From Candidatus Tenderia sp. (GTDB lineage: Bacteria; Pseudomonadota; Gammaproteobacteria; Tenderiales; Tenderiaceae), in NCBI GenBank assembly GCA_031416075.1, contig JANOSY010000020.1:1-63412 (forward strand): DNA of 63,412 nucleotides. The letters are read 5' to 3'. A program made the position numbers and the translations under genes. Each line of letters begins with the position of its first letter. Positions within the stretch are counted from its first letter, which is position 1. A model generated the notes under the pieces. It made no database searches, was not told the DNA's origin, and saw nothing but the letters and a program-made list of their open reading frames with translations. This document shows positions 37,636 through 47,258 of the stretch, piece after piece.

Positions 37636-38175
37636 TTAGAGTAGTTTTTTGATTTCGCTTTCGAGGGTGCTGCGTTCCACCTCGCCATAACGCATGTAGG
37701 TGATATCGCCCACCTGGTCAATAATGACGGTGTAGGGGAGGATGCCCATGTCATTGCCGAGCATTTCGGAGACCTCGATGGCGTTGTCGCCGAGCAGTAT
37801 CGGGTAGTTGATGCCTGATTCGTTAACGTAGTCGCTGACGGCTGCTTTGCCATCCAGGGCGATGCCGAGGATCTGAAGCCCCTGTTTGCCATAACGCTCC
37901 TGCAGCTCAATCAGATGCGGGATCTCCCGTTTGCAAGGGGGGCACCAGGTGGCCCAGAAGTTGATGATCCGGACTTTGCCCTGCCACTGGTTAACATCTT
38001 CACGCACATCATCCAAGCCCAGCAGGGTGAACGTTGGCATGGCCGTGCCGATCAGTGTCTGTGCGGCACTGGAGGGGGGGGGGGGCTGGCGTAGCTGTTT
38101 GATGGCGTAGTTCCCGCCCACAGCGCCCACTAAAAACAGGACGAGCGCGCCGCCGATCATTAATTTTTTGTTCAT
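37636..38175 (-). CDS. TlpA-family thiol-disulfide oxidoreductase
   Basis: N-terminal anchor; NFWATWCPPC. Confidence 0.92.
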   Translation of the reverse strand: MNKKLMIGGALVLFLVGAVGGNYAIKQLRQPPPPSSAAQTLIGTAMPTFTLLGLDDVREDVNQWQGKVRIINFWATWCPPCKREIPHLIELQERYGKQGLQILGIALDGKAAVSDYVNESGINYPILLGDNAIEVSEMLGNDMGILPYTVIIDQVGDITYMRYGEVERSTLESEIKKLL

Positions 38176-38187
38176 GTGCTGTTCCGA

Positions 38188-40128
38188 TCAGTTAAAGGCG
38201 GTGGCGGCCAGGGTATTGAATCGTTCAGGTTCGAGGAAGCCGACCAGACGATATTGTGACAGCTCTTGCCCGCTGGGGTCGAAGAACATGATGGAGGGGG
38301 GGCCAAAGATGCCAAATTTTTTCAGCAGGGCTTGGTCCTGTGCGTCGTTGGCGGTGACATCGGCCTGTAGCAGGACGACATCACGCAGGGTGTTCTGTAC
38401 GGCGGGGTTGGCGAAGGTCTTTTTCTCCATCTCTTTACAGGAGATGCACCAGTCGGCATAAAAATCGAGCATGACCGGTCTGCCTTGAAGGTGGGCGTTA
38501 TCAAGTGCCAGTTGCAGCCCTTCGACCCCCTTTATCTGGGTGAAGGTGAGTGCGTGTGCTGCGGAGGTGCCACCAGTGGCGCGCAGGCCGTCGAGGGGCC
38601 GGAGTGGATCTTTGCCACCTGAGAGTGTGCCGATCAGTAACATTGCACCGTAGACGAGCATGACGATACCCAGCCCTTTCCAGAGTTTGCGCCAGCCACC
38701 GGCTTCGGGTTGCAGGGTCTCCAGCGCGCCGAGGTAGATGGCGCAGACAATCAGCAGCGTGCCCCACAGGGCGAGTATGGCGCTGGCGGGGATGATGCGC
38801 TCCAGCATCCAGATGGCAACTGCCAGCAGCAGCACACCAAAGACAATCTTGACACTGTCCATCCAGCTGCCCGCACGTGGCAACAGCTTGCCCGCCGATG
38901 TGCCCACAATCAGCAGCGGTAACCCCATGCCGAGGCTGAGGGCAAAGAGCGCCGCGCCACCAAGTACGGCATCGCCGGTCTGGCCGATATAGACCAGCGC
39001 CCCGGCCAGGGGGGCGGCCATGCAGGGGCCGACGATCAGGGCGGAGAGCAGTCCCATAATCGCCACACCAATAAAGGTGCCGCCTTGCTGTCTGTTGCTC
39101 AGCTGGGTGAGTCGGCCCTGAATCGCCTGTGGCATTTGCAACTCATAGAACCCAAACATGGAGAGTGCTAGCAGTACAAACAGCAGGCTGAAACTGCCCA
39201 AAATCCAGGGGCTCTGGAAGAGTGCCTGCAGATTGCCGCCAAACAGACCGGCGAGTACGCCTGCTGCTGTGTAGGTCGCCGCCATCGCCAGCACGTAGGT
39301 AAGGGAGAGCCAGAAGGCGCGGCGGGTGGTGATGGTGCTGCCCTGGCCGGCGATGATGCTGGAGAGGATCGGGATCATTGGGAAGACGCAGGGGGTGAAG
39401 CAGAGCAACAGTCCCAGGCCAAAGAAGCTCAACATGCTCAGTGACAGACTGTTTTCTGCCAGACCACGGGCGTAGCGGTCCTGGTCGGTAAAGGGGGTGT
39501 TTGTAGTGCTGTTTGGGCTGTTGCTGTTGGTAGGGGTAGCACGGGTGGCTTCGGGCAGACTCAGTTGTAACTCTTGTTTCATCGGTGGGTAGCAGAAACC
39601 GGCCTCAGCACACCCTTGGTAATGGGCGGTCAAGATGATCTCGGTGGCGGCCAGGTTGTCGCGGTTGAGCAGTATCTGGGCGGTCACTTCGTGGTAGTAG
39701 ACCTCCATGAGGCCAAAGTTTTCATCATGTTTCTCTTTGCCTTTGGGCAGGCTGGGTGCCCCCAGGGTGATGCCGGTGGTGTCGTTGAGGGTGAACTTGA
39801 ATTTGTCACGGTAGAGGTAGTATCCCTCTTTTATGTTCCAGGTGATGGCTAACAGATGGGGGTTGACCACTTCAGCGCTGAGGATAAAGACCTGTTCCGG
39901 GGGCAGAAACTGCTCCTGGTTGCCGCCCAGCCCGAGCTGCTGCCCGAGGGATGAAAAGAGCCCCGATACACCACCGTTTGCCGGTTGCGAGATGGTCAGG
40001 GTGGTAGGGTCTTCGGCCCGGCTGTTTTGTGGCAGCAGGGTGGCGATAAGCAGCCCTGTTGCCAGTGCCAGGATCAGGAGCGGTGAGAGGCGTTTTGTTG
40101 TTGTGATCATTGCACTATTATTCTTCAT
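38188..40128 (-). CDS. dsbD: Protein-disulfide reductase DsbD
   Basis: QGCAEAGFCYPP; FTPCVFPMIP; GPCMAAPL; YADWCISC. Confidence 0.96.
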   Translation of the reverse strand: MKNNSAMITTTKRLSPLLILALATGLLIATLLPQNSRAEDPTTLTISQPANGGVSGLFSSLGQQLGLGGNQEQFLPPEQVFILSAEVVNPHLLAITWNIKEGYYLYRDKFKFTLNDTTGITLGAPSLPKGKEKHDENFGLMEVYYHEVTAQILLNRDNLAATEIILTAHYQGCAEAGFCYPPMKQELQLSLPEATRATPTNSNSPNSTTNTPFTDQDRYARGLAENSLSLSMLSFFGLGLLLCFTPCVFPMIPILSSIIAGQGSTITTRRAFWLSLTYVLAMAATYTAAGVLAGLFGGNLQALFQSPWILGSFSLLFVLLALSMFGFYELQMPQAIQGRLTQLSNRQQGGTFIGVAIMGLLSALIVGPCMAAPLAGALVYIGQTGDAVLGGAALFALSLGMGLPLLIVGTSAGKLLPRAGSWMDSVKIVFGVLLLAVAIWMLERIIPASAILALWGTLLIVCAIYLGALETLQPEAGGWRKLWKGLGIVMLVYGAMLLIGTLSGGKDPLRPLDGLRATGGTSAAHALTFTQIKGVEGLQLALDNAHLQGRPVMLDFYADWCISCKEMEKKTFANPAVQNTLRDVVLLQADVTANDAQDQALLKKFGIFGPPSIMFFDPSGQELSQYRLVGFLEPERFNTLAATAFN

Positions 40129-40464
40129 TTATTCTTCGCTGATCTGTTTCAGGCTGGCGGTGATCCAGTCCAGGTAGGCAGGTAATCCGGCGTTCAGTGG
40201 GACTGCAATGATCTCGGGAAGTTCAGCGGGATGCAATGCCTGAATTGCCCTCTCCAGCGCGGCGTAACTCGCGGAGTCGGTCTTGATGATCAGCAGCAGC
40301 TCATTGTCATGTTCAAGCTGACCTTGCCAGCGGTAGATGGACTCGATGCCGGGGACGATGTTCACACAGGCCGCCAGTCGCTGCTCGACCACTGCTGTGG
40401 CGATGGCGCGGGCGCTGGACAGCTCCGGGCAGGTGGTGAGGACGATCTGGTAGTGTATGGCCAT
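40129..40464 (-). CDS. cutA: Divalent-cation tolerance protein CutA
   Basis: LAACVNI...SIYRWQG...HP.ELPEII...YLDWI. Confidence 0.95.
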   Translation of the reverse strand: MAIHYQIVLTTCPELSSARAIATAVVEQRLAACVNIVPGIESIYRWQGQLEHDNELLLIIKTDSASYAALERAIQALHPAELPEIIAVPLNAGLPAYLDWITASLKQISEE

Positions 40465-40568
40465 GGGTGGGCAAGATACCGGAACCGGGCCGACAGGGCA
40501 AAGGGGACTGGTATACTGGTTGGGCTGTCCCCATGTAGGGGGACTACTCTCCCTTCAAATTTTAGGTG

Positions 40569-41027
40569 ATGCCCATGTTCTCTTTCCGGCTGTTGCTGGT
40601 ACTTTTTTTCACTGTTCCACTGATCGAAATCTACCTGTTGATTCAGGTGGGCAGCGTGATAGGGGCGGTGCCCACGGTTGTATTGGTGGTATTTACTGCG
40701 GTGCTGGGGGCGGGGCTGTTGCGACTGCAGGGGTTTGCCACTCTGGCGCGGGTACAGGCGATGCTGGCGCGCGGCCAGGTTCCTGCGATTGAGGTGATGG
40801 AGGGGGCGGTGCTGCTTGTGGCTGGCGTGCTGCTGTTGACCCCGGGGTTTTTCACCGATGCCATCGGTTTTCTCTGCCTGATCCCGTGGCTGCGGCGCAA
40901 ACTGATCCTCTGGGCCATTCGTCGCGGCGTTGCTGTGGCCGGTGGCGCGGGGGGTGGTCCCGCCCCTCGTGAGCATGGGCCGCGCACTCTGGAAGGAGAT
41001 TACTGGGAGGATGATGAGCGGCGCTAG
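40569..41027 (+). CDS. fxsA: FxsA family membrane protein
   Basis: PLIEIYLLIQVG...LLLTPGFFTD. Confidence 0.95.
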   Translation: MPMFSFRLLLVLFFTVPLIEIYLLIQVGSVIGAVPTVVLVVFTAVLGAGLLRLQGFATLARVQAMLARGQVPAIEVMEGAVLLVAGVLLLTPGFFTDAIGFLCLIPWLRRKLILWAIRRGVAVAGGAGGGPAPREHGPRTLEGDYWEDDERR

Positions 41028-41055
41028 CCGGGCTCTCTTCGCCGGAGAGTCCGGC
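41027..41055. terminator. Hairpin after fxsA (possible terminator)
   Basis: GCCGGGCTCTC / GAGAGTCCGGC stem; no clear U-tract. Confidence 0.35.
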
Positions 41056-41133
41056 CTGATTGCGCCTGGTTATTGAAACCGCCGTCCGTGGAGGCCAAGG
41101 GATGTCGCGGTTGGTTGCTGATCGTGCCGGTTA

Positions 41134-42390
41134 TTACGCCACTTCGCTCTCCAGTGAAAAGGTGGCTTCGAAGTCTGGTTGGAGGAATCTCTCGTAGAGG
41201 AATGGGCTTACGTCAATCGGCGGCTCTTTGCCGAGCACCAGATCGGCGATGATCCTGCCGGTAATGGGCGAGGTGACGATGCCGGTGCGGAAATGGCCAC
41301 AGGCGTTCAGATAGCCGTCTATTCCGGGTATGCCGCCCAGGATGGGCAGTTCATCCGGTGAGCCGGGGCGGAGTCCCGCCCATGTGCGTTTAATGGCGAC
41401 AGAGCCGAGTATCGGCAGCGCCTTGACTGCGCCAATGACGAGCGAACGCAGCTCCGGGTAACTGCAGCGGGTGTCGAAGCCTTTGATTTCGGTAGTGCTT
41501 CCTATCAGTATCTCGCCATTATCTTTCTGCGCGATATAGCAGTCACTGGTGCTGATGCAGGATTTTATGATGGGGGGTAGTCGTTCCGAGAGGATTATCT
41601 GCCCCTTCACTGGGGCGACGGGGATGTTGATGCCCATCATATCTCCTATCTGTCCTGCCCAGGCACCTGCGGCATTGATAAGCGTTGAGCAGTGGAACTC
41701 CTGCTGACGATTGGTTTTTATTGCGGCTACGCGGTTATTACGCATTACCACACCGGAGACTTCTGTATTCTCAACCATTTTGACGCCGTTTTTTTGTGCG
41801 CCGTCACGGTAGGCCTGCACCAGAAGGTAGGGGTTGACCTGATGGTCAGGCAGAAAGGTGAGTGAGTCGATCGCCTTTTCTGAGATGTAAGGCTCTTCCT
41901 TGTGGAGTTGCTCTTGGTTTTGCCAGCTTAGTTGGTTGACGAGGTGTGGGATGCCTTGCTGGATCTGTTTGGCGTAGGCGATATCATCCTCGTCGTACAT
42001 CAGGAATTTAAGTCCGGTTTTTTCAAACCTGAAATCTACGCCAGCGTTCTCTTTTAGCTCCTCCCAAAGGTCTGGAAACATGGCATTGCTGATCAATGAA
42101 TAGTTGAGGAAGCAGTCAGGCATTTGATGGGGGCGGTCAAGTTCGAGGGGGGCGTTTGGATTGTCGCGGCGGTGTCTTGAGAGGCTTTTAAAGAAAATCA
42201 CGCCACATCCCAGCCCAACCGATTCGCCTATAGGCCACAGTCCTCCTGCGGAAGACCAGGAGGCGTTGCCAGGTTTTTTCTGGTCAATGACGGTGATCGA
42301 GAGGTCGCTCTCTCTGCTCAAAAAATAGGCAACGGCCATGCCGATAACACCGCCACTGGCGATTACGATATCTGTTGTATGTTTTTCCAT
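41134..42390 (-). CDS. hcnC: Hydrogen cyanide synthase subunit HcnC (FAD oxidoreductase), possibly decaying
   Basis: SAGGLWPIGESVGLGCGVIFF, FEKTGLK, TSDCYIAQKDNGEILIGSTTE, GYLNACGHFRTGI match Pseudomonas HcnC; FAD motif reads IASGGVIG. Confidence 0.88.
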   Translation of the reverse strand: MEKHTTDIVIASGGVIGMAVAYFLSRESDLSITVIDQKKPGNASWSSAGGLWPIGESVGLGCGVIFFKSLSRHRRDNPNAPLELDRPHQMPDCFLNYSLISNAMFPDLWEELKENAGVDFRFEKTGLKFLMYDEDDIAYAKQIQQGIPHLVNQLSWQNQEQLHKEEPYISEKAIDSLTFLPDHQVNPYLLVQAYRDGAQKNGVKMVENTEVSGVVMRNNRVAAIKTNRQQEFHCSTLINAAGAWAGQIGDMMGINIPVAPVKGQIILSERLPPIIKSCISTSDCYIAQKDNGEILIGSTTEIKGFDTRCSYPELRSLVIGAVKALPILGSVAIKRTWAGLRPGSPDELPILGGIPGIDGYLNACGHFRTGIVTSPITGRIIADLVLGKEPPIDVSPFLYERFLQPDFEATFSLESEVA

Positions 42391-42391
42391 T

Positions 42392-43488
42392 TTATTCCCC
42401 TATTCCTGCAAAGGCTGAGAAGGTGACAGGCGCTAATGGAAATCTAGGTTTAAGATTGCCGATTTCCACATGGCTGCGACCTGATTTTTTGACTAGATAG
42501 TTGTGACAGAAGTCGCCGCAATTTTTGCCCTGACAATCCCCCATGCCCGCTCGCGTGGCCATTTTTAATTTGGTGATGTTGCCAATACCCTGGGCTATGG
42601 CATGATCTATTTTGCCGAGGGTGACATTTTCACAACGACAGATCACAGTCTCTTTATCAGGCAGGGTAAGGAGACCTTCTTTTGGGCTGGAGAGTTTGTT
42701 GAAGCCATGCTGGAATTTAATCAAGCGCTTGAGGTCGTTGCGAAGTGGGGCGCATGATAAGTTTGCTTGGCTCTCATTGATGTGGCCGCTATCGATGAGG
42801 TAGCCGTGGACGGCGATTTTGCCTTCAATCTCCGCAACGTATGAGCCGTAGACGCCATTGGCGTCGCCCGCCGTATAGACGCTTTGACGGTCACTGCGTT
42901 GCCACTTATCAACGTCAGGTTTCAGGCCGCCGCGGTTGGGATGATAGCTATGTGTGCAGCCCAGTTGTTGGGTGATCTCGGTGCGTGAGGTAAATCCATA
43001 ATTCACCGCTAACGAGTCGACTTTGATTGTTTCACGCTTGCCAAGTATTGTGTTCCACTCTTCATCGTAGGGGGCGACCACGACCTCGGATACTTCATCG
43101 ACTCCTCGGGCTTCAACGATTCCCCAGCCGTAGTGGAGAGGGATTTTTTTCTGTTTGAGAAAAATGAGATATTTAACGCCGTCAAACATGAGGGGGTGTC
43201 AGAGAGCAGTGCAGGAATTTCCCCGTATAGATCGCTCTTCTGGCCCGCCTCATAAACGCCAATTACCTCCATGCCCGCTTCATGGAGCTGTTTGGCGGCC
43301 ACCAGCAGTAGAGGCCCAGTCCCCGTCAGGGCGATTCGATGCCCAGGGCGCACCAGATTGGATTTTACCTGTAGCTGCATGCCGCCCATGATCCCATATT
43401 CGGCAAGAGTGATCGCAGCACTTATGCCAGCGGGACCGCCGCCAATGATAACTGGGCAGGGTGATGTGGGGTTTTGTAGCGTTTCCAT
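42392..43488 (-). pseudogene. hcnB: hcnB pseudogene (internal deletion plus frameshift)
   Basis: PVIIGGGPAG..LAEYG joins directly to IMGGMQLQVKS (roughly 100 aa missing versus HcnB); frameshift near 43200; then IPLHYGWG, VICRCE, RAGMGDCQG, PRFP. Confidence 0.85.
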
Positions 43489-43844
43489 AAACGCCACTTT
43501 TTTTCAAGCACGGGCAGAAGTGTTGTAAAGTGGTTGCTGAGTGTGTCAATGTTCATGCCCTGCTCAATGGTACGTTGACAGGCCCGCTGTTTGTTGCGGT
43601 CGTCGATTTTGACCATGCAGCAGTAGCAGATGCCCATCCCGCAATATGCCCCTTGAACAACGCCATGGTCGTTTCTTGAAACACTGTGAATATTCATTGA
43701 CAGCAGTGTTGCAAGCACGCTCTCACCTTGGTAGGCGACGTGCGTATTGCCGTTGATCGTTATTGTTACTTTTTTGTTAATGATTTCGTGAGGTGGGACA
43801 ATATCATTTTGCCTCAGTGCTTGGTGTTCGGTCCCGTTAAGCAT
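43422..43844 (-). CDS. hcnA: Hydrogen cyanide synthase subunit HcnA (2Fe-2S), with C-terminal run-on into hcnB
   Basis: AAGGAG RBS; GESVL...RNDHG...GAYCGMGICYCCMV.ID...RACQ. Confidence 0.88.
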   Translation of the reverse strand: MLNGTEHQALRQNDIVPPHEIINKKVTITINGNTHVAYQGESVLATLLSMNIHSVSRNDHGVVQGAYCGMGICYCCMVKIDDRNKQRACQRTIEQGMNIDTLSNHFTTLLPVLEKKWRLWKRYKTPHHPAQLSLAAVPLA

Positions 43845-43894
43845 GGTCAATCTCCTTTTGGTGTGGTATTTCCGTCGTGACTATCTCGCTGATG

Positions 43895-44606
43895 CTACGC
43901 AGCCGCCCGCAGAGTCAGTAGCGCATTGTAAACCGATATGATGGTCTTGATGTAGAGACCGTAGCGCAAGGAAAAATGGTTAAATTTGTGAGTGATTTTG
44001 AGACGCTCCAGTTTGAAGACGGCATGCATCGACATGAATAGATGATTTTGCTCTGTTCTGACACGTCGTGTTGGCGACTTCGCCAATTCGGTGCTGGATT
44101 TAAGTGATTTGTAAAATTTCCCAATTCGAAACTCAAGCGGGTTGTTGACGTAGTGGGTGAAGATCCATTGCAGGAAAGCGTTTTTTGTGACTTCGCTGCT
44201 CCGTTTTATCTGCCGTGTCTCTACATCACAAAAAACAATGAATTTTTTGAACACCTCAAACGCCAACGGTATCGAGACTTCCTGGGTATGGTGCAACGCA
44301 TTGGGAATATTAAACCCTTTGATCATATGGTTTTGGCAATGGTCAAAACATCAACACATGATCTCATTTTGATTGGTACACGCTTTTTCCTGAATTGCCG
44401 TCAAAAAGCAGTACGGCATCATCGGTTTCAAACTGGCTTCACCTCAAACCACGAGCTCCTGGCGGTGTGGTCGCGTGCTGATAGAGACCGGGTGCCTCAT
44501 CATGGCGAACTGCGCCAGATGGCATTGCCGATAGTCCGGTTGTCGTAGTCTTGTCAATGCTACTGATCAGGCAGTCTGTGTATGTCTGAAGTTCTGGTTT
44601 GTTCAT
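43895..44606 (-). pseudogene. IS701-family transposase relic
   Basis: Minus-strand fragments YTDCLISS..TTTTGLS, DDAVLLFD, QEK..NEI.C..FDH..IKGFN, VTKN, YKSLK..LAKSPTR..NH..KLERLK..NHF; stops, frameshifts and an internal deletion. Confidence 0.8.
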
Positions 44607-44652
44607 GGCGCTTAGTCTGTCCGATCGGACGATTGTGTCGCTATCTCGCTAC

Positions 44653-44737
44653 CTGTTTTGGGCGTCCCTGCCCAAAACAGACTCACTTATACGATAGCTG
44701 GTGCCTTACGCTAACCGCCCATGCTGGCGGTTAGCGT
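44653..44737. terminator. Two tandem perfect hairpins downstream of the 44762 gene
   Basis: CTGTTTTGGGC/GCCCAAAACAG (44653-80) and ACGCTAACCGCC/GGCGGTTAGCGT (44708-37). Confidence 0.5.
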
Positions 44738-44761
44738 TGGAATAGACTCTAACATGTTCCG

Positions 44762-45130
44762 TTAACCCTGCGACGCGATACTACTCTCCCCGATAGCCAG
44801 GTAGCTGCACACTACCCGTACAGGCGTTGCAGCACCTGTTTCGGTATTTGTTGCCGAGATGGCAAGCAGATCCCTTCCACCTGCCGCGCCTTGGGGAACG
44901 TATTCAATTGACCAGGGGGCAAAGGTGGTGCCTGGGTTGGATTCCCCTTCTGGGTAAGGGTTGAGCGCGCTTTCATCAGAATAGATGGTGATGGTCACGT
45001 CGGGCTGGGTGGCGAACGGTGGCACGCTGGCCCACAGCAGGCGTGTATGTGTTCCCCCTTCGCCGGGGGTCATGACTTCAGTCCCGCTGACGATCTGGGT
45101 GTTATTTATCTTCAGTATCCGTTGGTTCAT
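44762..45130 (-). CDS. Hypothetical small beta-rich protein
   Basis: AGGAG RBS; PFATQPDVTITI...VVCSYLAIG pattern; no signal peptide. Confidence 0.7.
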   Translation of the reverse strand: MNQRILKINNTQIVSGTEVMTPGEGGTHTRLLWASVPPFATQPDVTITIYSDESALNPYPEGESNPGTTFAPWSIEYVPQGAAGGRDLLAISATNTETGAATPVRVVCSYLAIGESSIASQG

Positions 45131-45280
45131 CTGTTGGCACTCCTGTTGTGGTGTAAAAGAGGGTATTAAAGGCGGTACCATAGCGCCTGAGGCGGTATTG
45201 ATTGGCTCCGTTGGTCCTGACTCTCCCTGCCCAGCGGGCAGGGAGCGTGGCTGTTGCCAGGTTGTTATGAAATCCCAGGG

Positions 45281-45874
45281 CTATTTGAATAGCTCCAGCA
45301 CATAGGGTGAGACCTGTAGGTCGATGGGGCGCTGGTTAGGCTCTGTAGGCATCTGCGCCACCCTGCCATCGAGCAGATAGCGGGGTGGGATATCAAGCGT
45401 TGACAATTCTGTTGGGGAGATGTTTTTGCATCTTCCAATGCGTTGCATGGTGGCGTTTACAAAGCCGACGGTCTTGCCATAGGCGCCGTCCTCAATCCAC
45501 TCATGCCAGTGGCCACCAGCGGTGCGGGCGGTGTCGATGTTGATGTTCATGCCGTCGTGTCCCACGTCTTTGGCAAAATAGGGAAAGTCGCCATACATAA
45601 ACAGTTGATCGGCCTCCTGGCTGTAGGTGCCGTTCCAGGTGCCCCCGCCGAAGCCGGAGTACCAGTGGCCACGTTCGTGTGTGCCCACCACCGCCGGCGG
45701 CAGGAAGCAGATCCACTGGGTGGCCCATTGTGCGTGGACTGGCGAGGAGTCATCATAGGCGGTGATGGTCCAGAGGTTGCCGCCGTTGTACACAGAGGGC
45801 TGGTGTGGTGGTGTCGCGACAGCGACGGTGGTTGTGCCGATGAATAAGATGGATGCCAGAAGAGGTTGTTTCAT
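45281..45874 (-). CDS. Secreted hypothetical protein (Trp/Gly-rich beta protein)
   Basis: AAGGAG RBS; signal peptide MKQPLLASILFIGTTTVAVA; two Cys. Confidence 0.75.
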   Translation of the reverse strand: MKQPLLASILFIGTTTVAVATPPHQPSVYNGGNLWTITAYDDSSPVHAQWATQWICFLPPAVVGTHERGHWYSGFGGGTWNGTYSQEADQLFMYGDFPYFAKDVGHDGMNINIDTARTAGGHWHEWIEDGAYGKTVGFVNATMQRIGRCKNISPTELSTLDIPPRYLLDGRVAQMPTEPNQRPIDLQVSPYVLELFK

Positions 45875-46039
45875 GATGATCGCTCCTTGAAATGGTGGAT
45901 TAGTTAAAACACAACCCGGTGCCGGTTGTTGGCATTGACGGATTGCAGGGTGATTTTTCACGATTAGCGCAGCTGGCAAAAGGAATTATTACCATTTCTT
46001 AAGCGACTTATTGCCGGAGTGGCGGGGTTGAAAAAACCG

Positions 46040-46064
46040 CCAACGCCCTTGCGAAGGGCGTTGG
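46040..46064. terminator. Hairpin downstream of the SRPBCC operon
   Basis: CCAACGCCCTT-GCG-AAGGGCGTTGG perfect stem. Confidence 0.55.
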
Positions 46065-46082
46065 GATGGGAGGTTGAGGGGG

Positions 46083-46598
46083 TTAGAGGGTGGCCAGATA
46101 GGTGGAGAGCTGATCCAGGGTGCCGCCCCAGCCCTGCTGCATACTGGCGTGTGCGGCGTTAAAGGTCTTGCGCTCCTCGTCGGTGGCGCTGGGGAGGGGG
46201 GACCAGTGGAGCGTCAGCAGTGTCCCGTCTGCCTGCTCTTCAAAGGTGAGACGTGTCAGCAGCTCCAGCGGCCATGTGGGGCTCATGGGGTGGCGGGTGA
46301 GATTGCCCTCGGCATCGGAGAAGCTGTTGATAAAAACCAGGCGCTCCGGTGCCACAATCTCGCGATAGCTCATTTTGCCCCACATGGTGCTGCCGTCAGG
46401 GCCTTGCAGGCCGTAGTGATAGCTACCGCCGGGCGTGAACTCCATGTTGGCGGCGATGACTTTAAACCCTTTTGGTCTCCACCAGTGTGTCATGTGGGTG
46501 GGGTCTGTGAACACGTTGAAAAGCAGTTCACGGGGGGCGTTAAAGTGGCGGTTGAGAGTGAATACTCCGGTCTCGGAGGCGTGAATGGCGCTGGTCAT
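46083..46598 (-). CDS. SRPBCC (Aha1/AHSA1-like) domain protein
   Basis: RHFNAPRELLF..FTDP...WW; YREIVAPERLVF; GWGGTLDQL. Confidence 0.92.
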   Translation of the reverse strand: MTSAIHASETGVFTLNRHFNAPRELLFNVFTDPTHMTHWWRPKGFKVIAANMEFTPGGSYHYGLQGPDGSTMWGKMSYREIVAPERLVFINSFSDAEGNLTRHPMSPTWPLELLTRLTFEEQADGTLLTLHWSPLPSATDEERKTFNAAHASMQQGWGGTLDQLSTYLATL

Positions 46599-46637
46599 GG
46601 AGCTATCTCCAGGGTTGTTTTGGCTGTTGTTGACGGT

Positions 46638-47048
46638 TTATGCGCTGATAATGACCATCCACGGCAGACCAAAACGGTCTGTCACCATGCCAAAGCAGGG
46701 GGAGAAGAAGGTCGCGCCGATGGGTAGCTGTATCTGGCCATCTTCGGCAAGGGCGTTGAAGAGCCGGTTGGCCTCTTCTGTGTTGGCGGCGGTCAGGGAG
46801 AGGGCGACCCCCTGGAATGCAGGTTCACCCTGGCAGCTGCCATCAGAGGCCATGAGGGTCGTATCGCCGATACGCAGGCTGGCGTGCATTATCTTCTCGT
46901 CTGAGCCGGGCGGTGTACAGTCCGGTGATGATTCGGGGGCCTCCTTGTAACGCATCATGACCTCAATGTGGGCACCGAGTTTTTGCTGGTAGAAGCTGAG
47001 CGCCTCTTCGCAACGGCCATTGAAAAACAGGTAGGGCTGGATATGCAT
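46638..47048 (-). CDS. VOC/PhnB-family protein
   Basis: PYLFFNGRCEEALSFY; IMHASL; FGMVTDRFGLPWMV. Confidence 0.92.
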   Translation of the reverse strand: MHIQPYLFFNGRCEEALSFYQQKLGAHIEVMMRYKEAPESSPDCTPPGSDEKIMHASLRIGDTTLMASDGSCQGEPAFQGVALSLTAANTEEANRLFNALAEDGQIQLPIGATFFSPCFGMVTDRFGLPWMVIISA

Positions 47049-47053
47049 GATGT

Positions 47054-47257
47054 CTACTCCTGTAAAAGTGACTCGACGTAGGCGCTGTAACGTTCCAGGG
47101 TCTGGTTGCCCCCTTGTTTGCCGCCACCGTGGGAAAAGACGATCCGTTCGGGGTTGGTCCACGCCTCCCACACCAGATCACGGGGGGCGTTGAGTATGCG
47201 GCTGATGACGATCTCGCGCTCTGTGGTATCGCTGTCGGCGCTGTTGTTGGGTGTCAT
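47054..47257 (-). pseudogene. Internally deleted SRPBCC gene
   Basis: REIVISRILNAPRDLVWEAWTNP|ERIVFSHGG|GKQGGNQTLER: start, middle and end motifs of SRPBCC in only 67 aa. Confidence 0.8.
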
Positions 47258-47258
47258 G

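Noticed and set aside
43881-44650. 10-bp direct repeat CTATCTCGCT at 43881 and 44641 as the IS701 target duplication
   Set aside because: Longer than I expect for IS701 duplications and the element ends are too degraded to place; left unassigned
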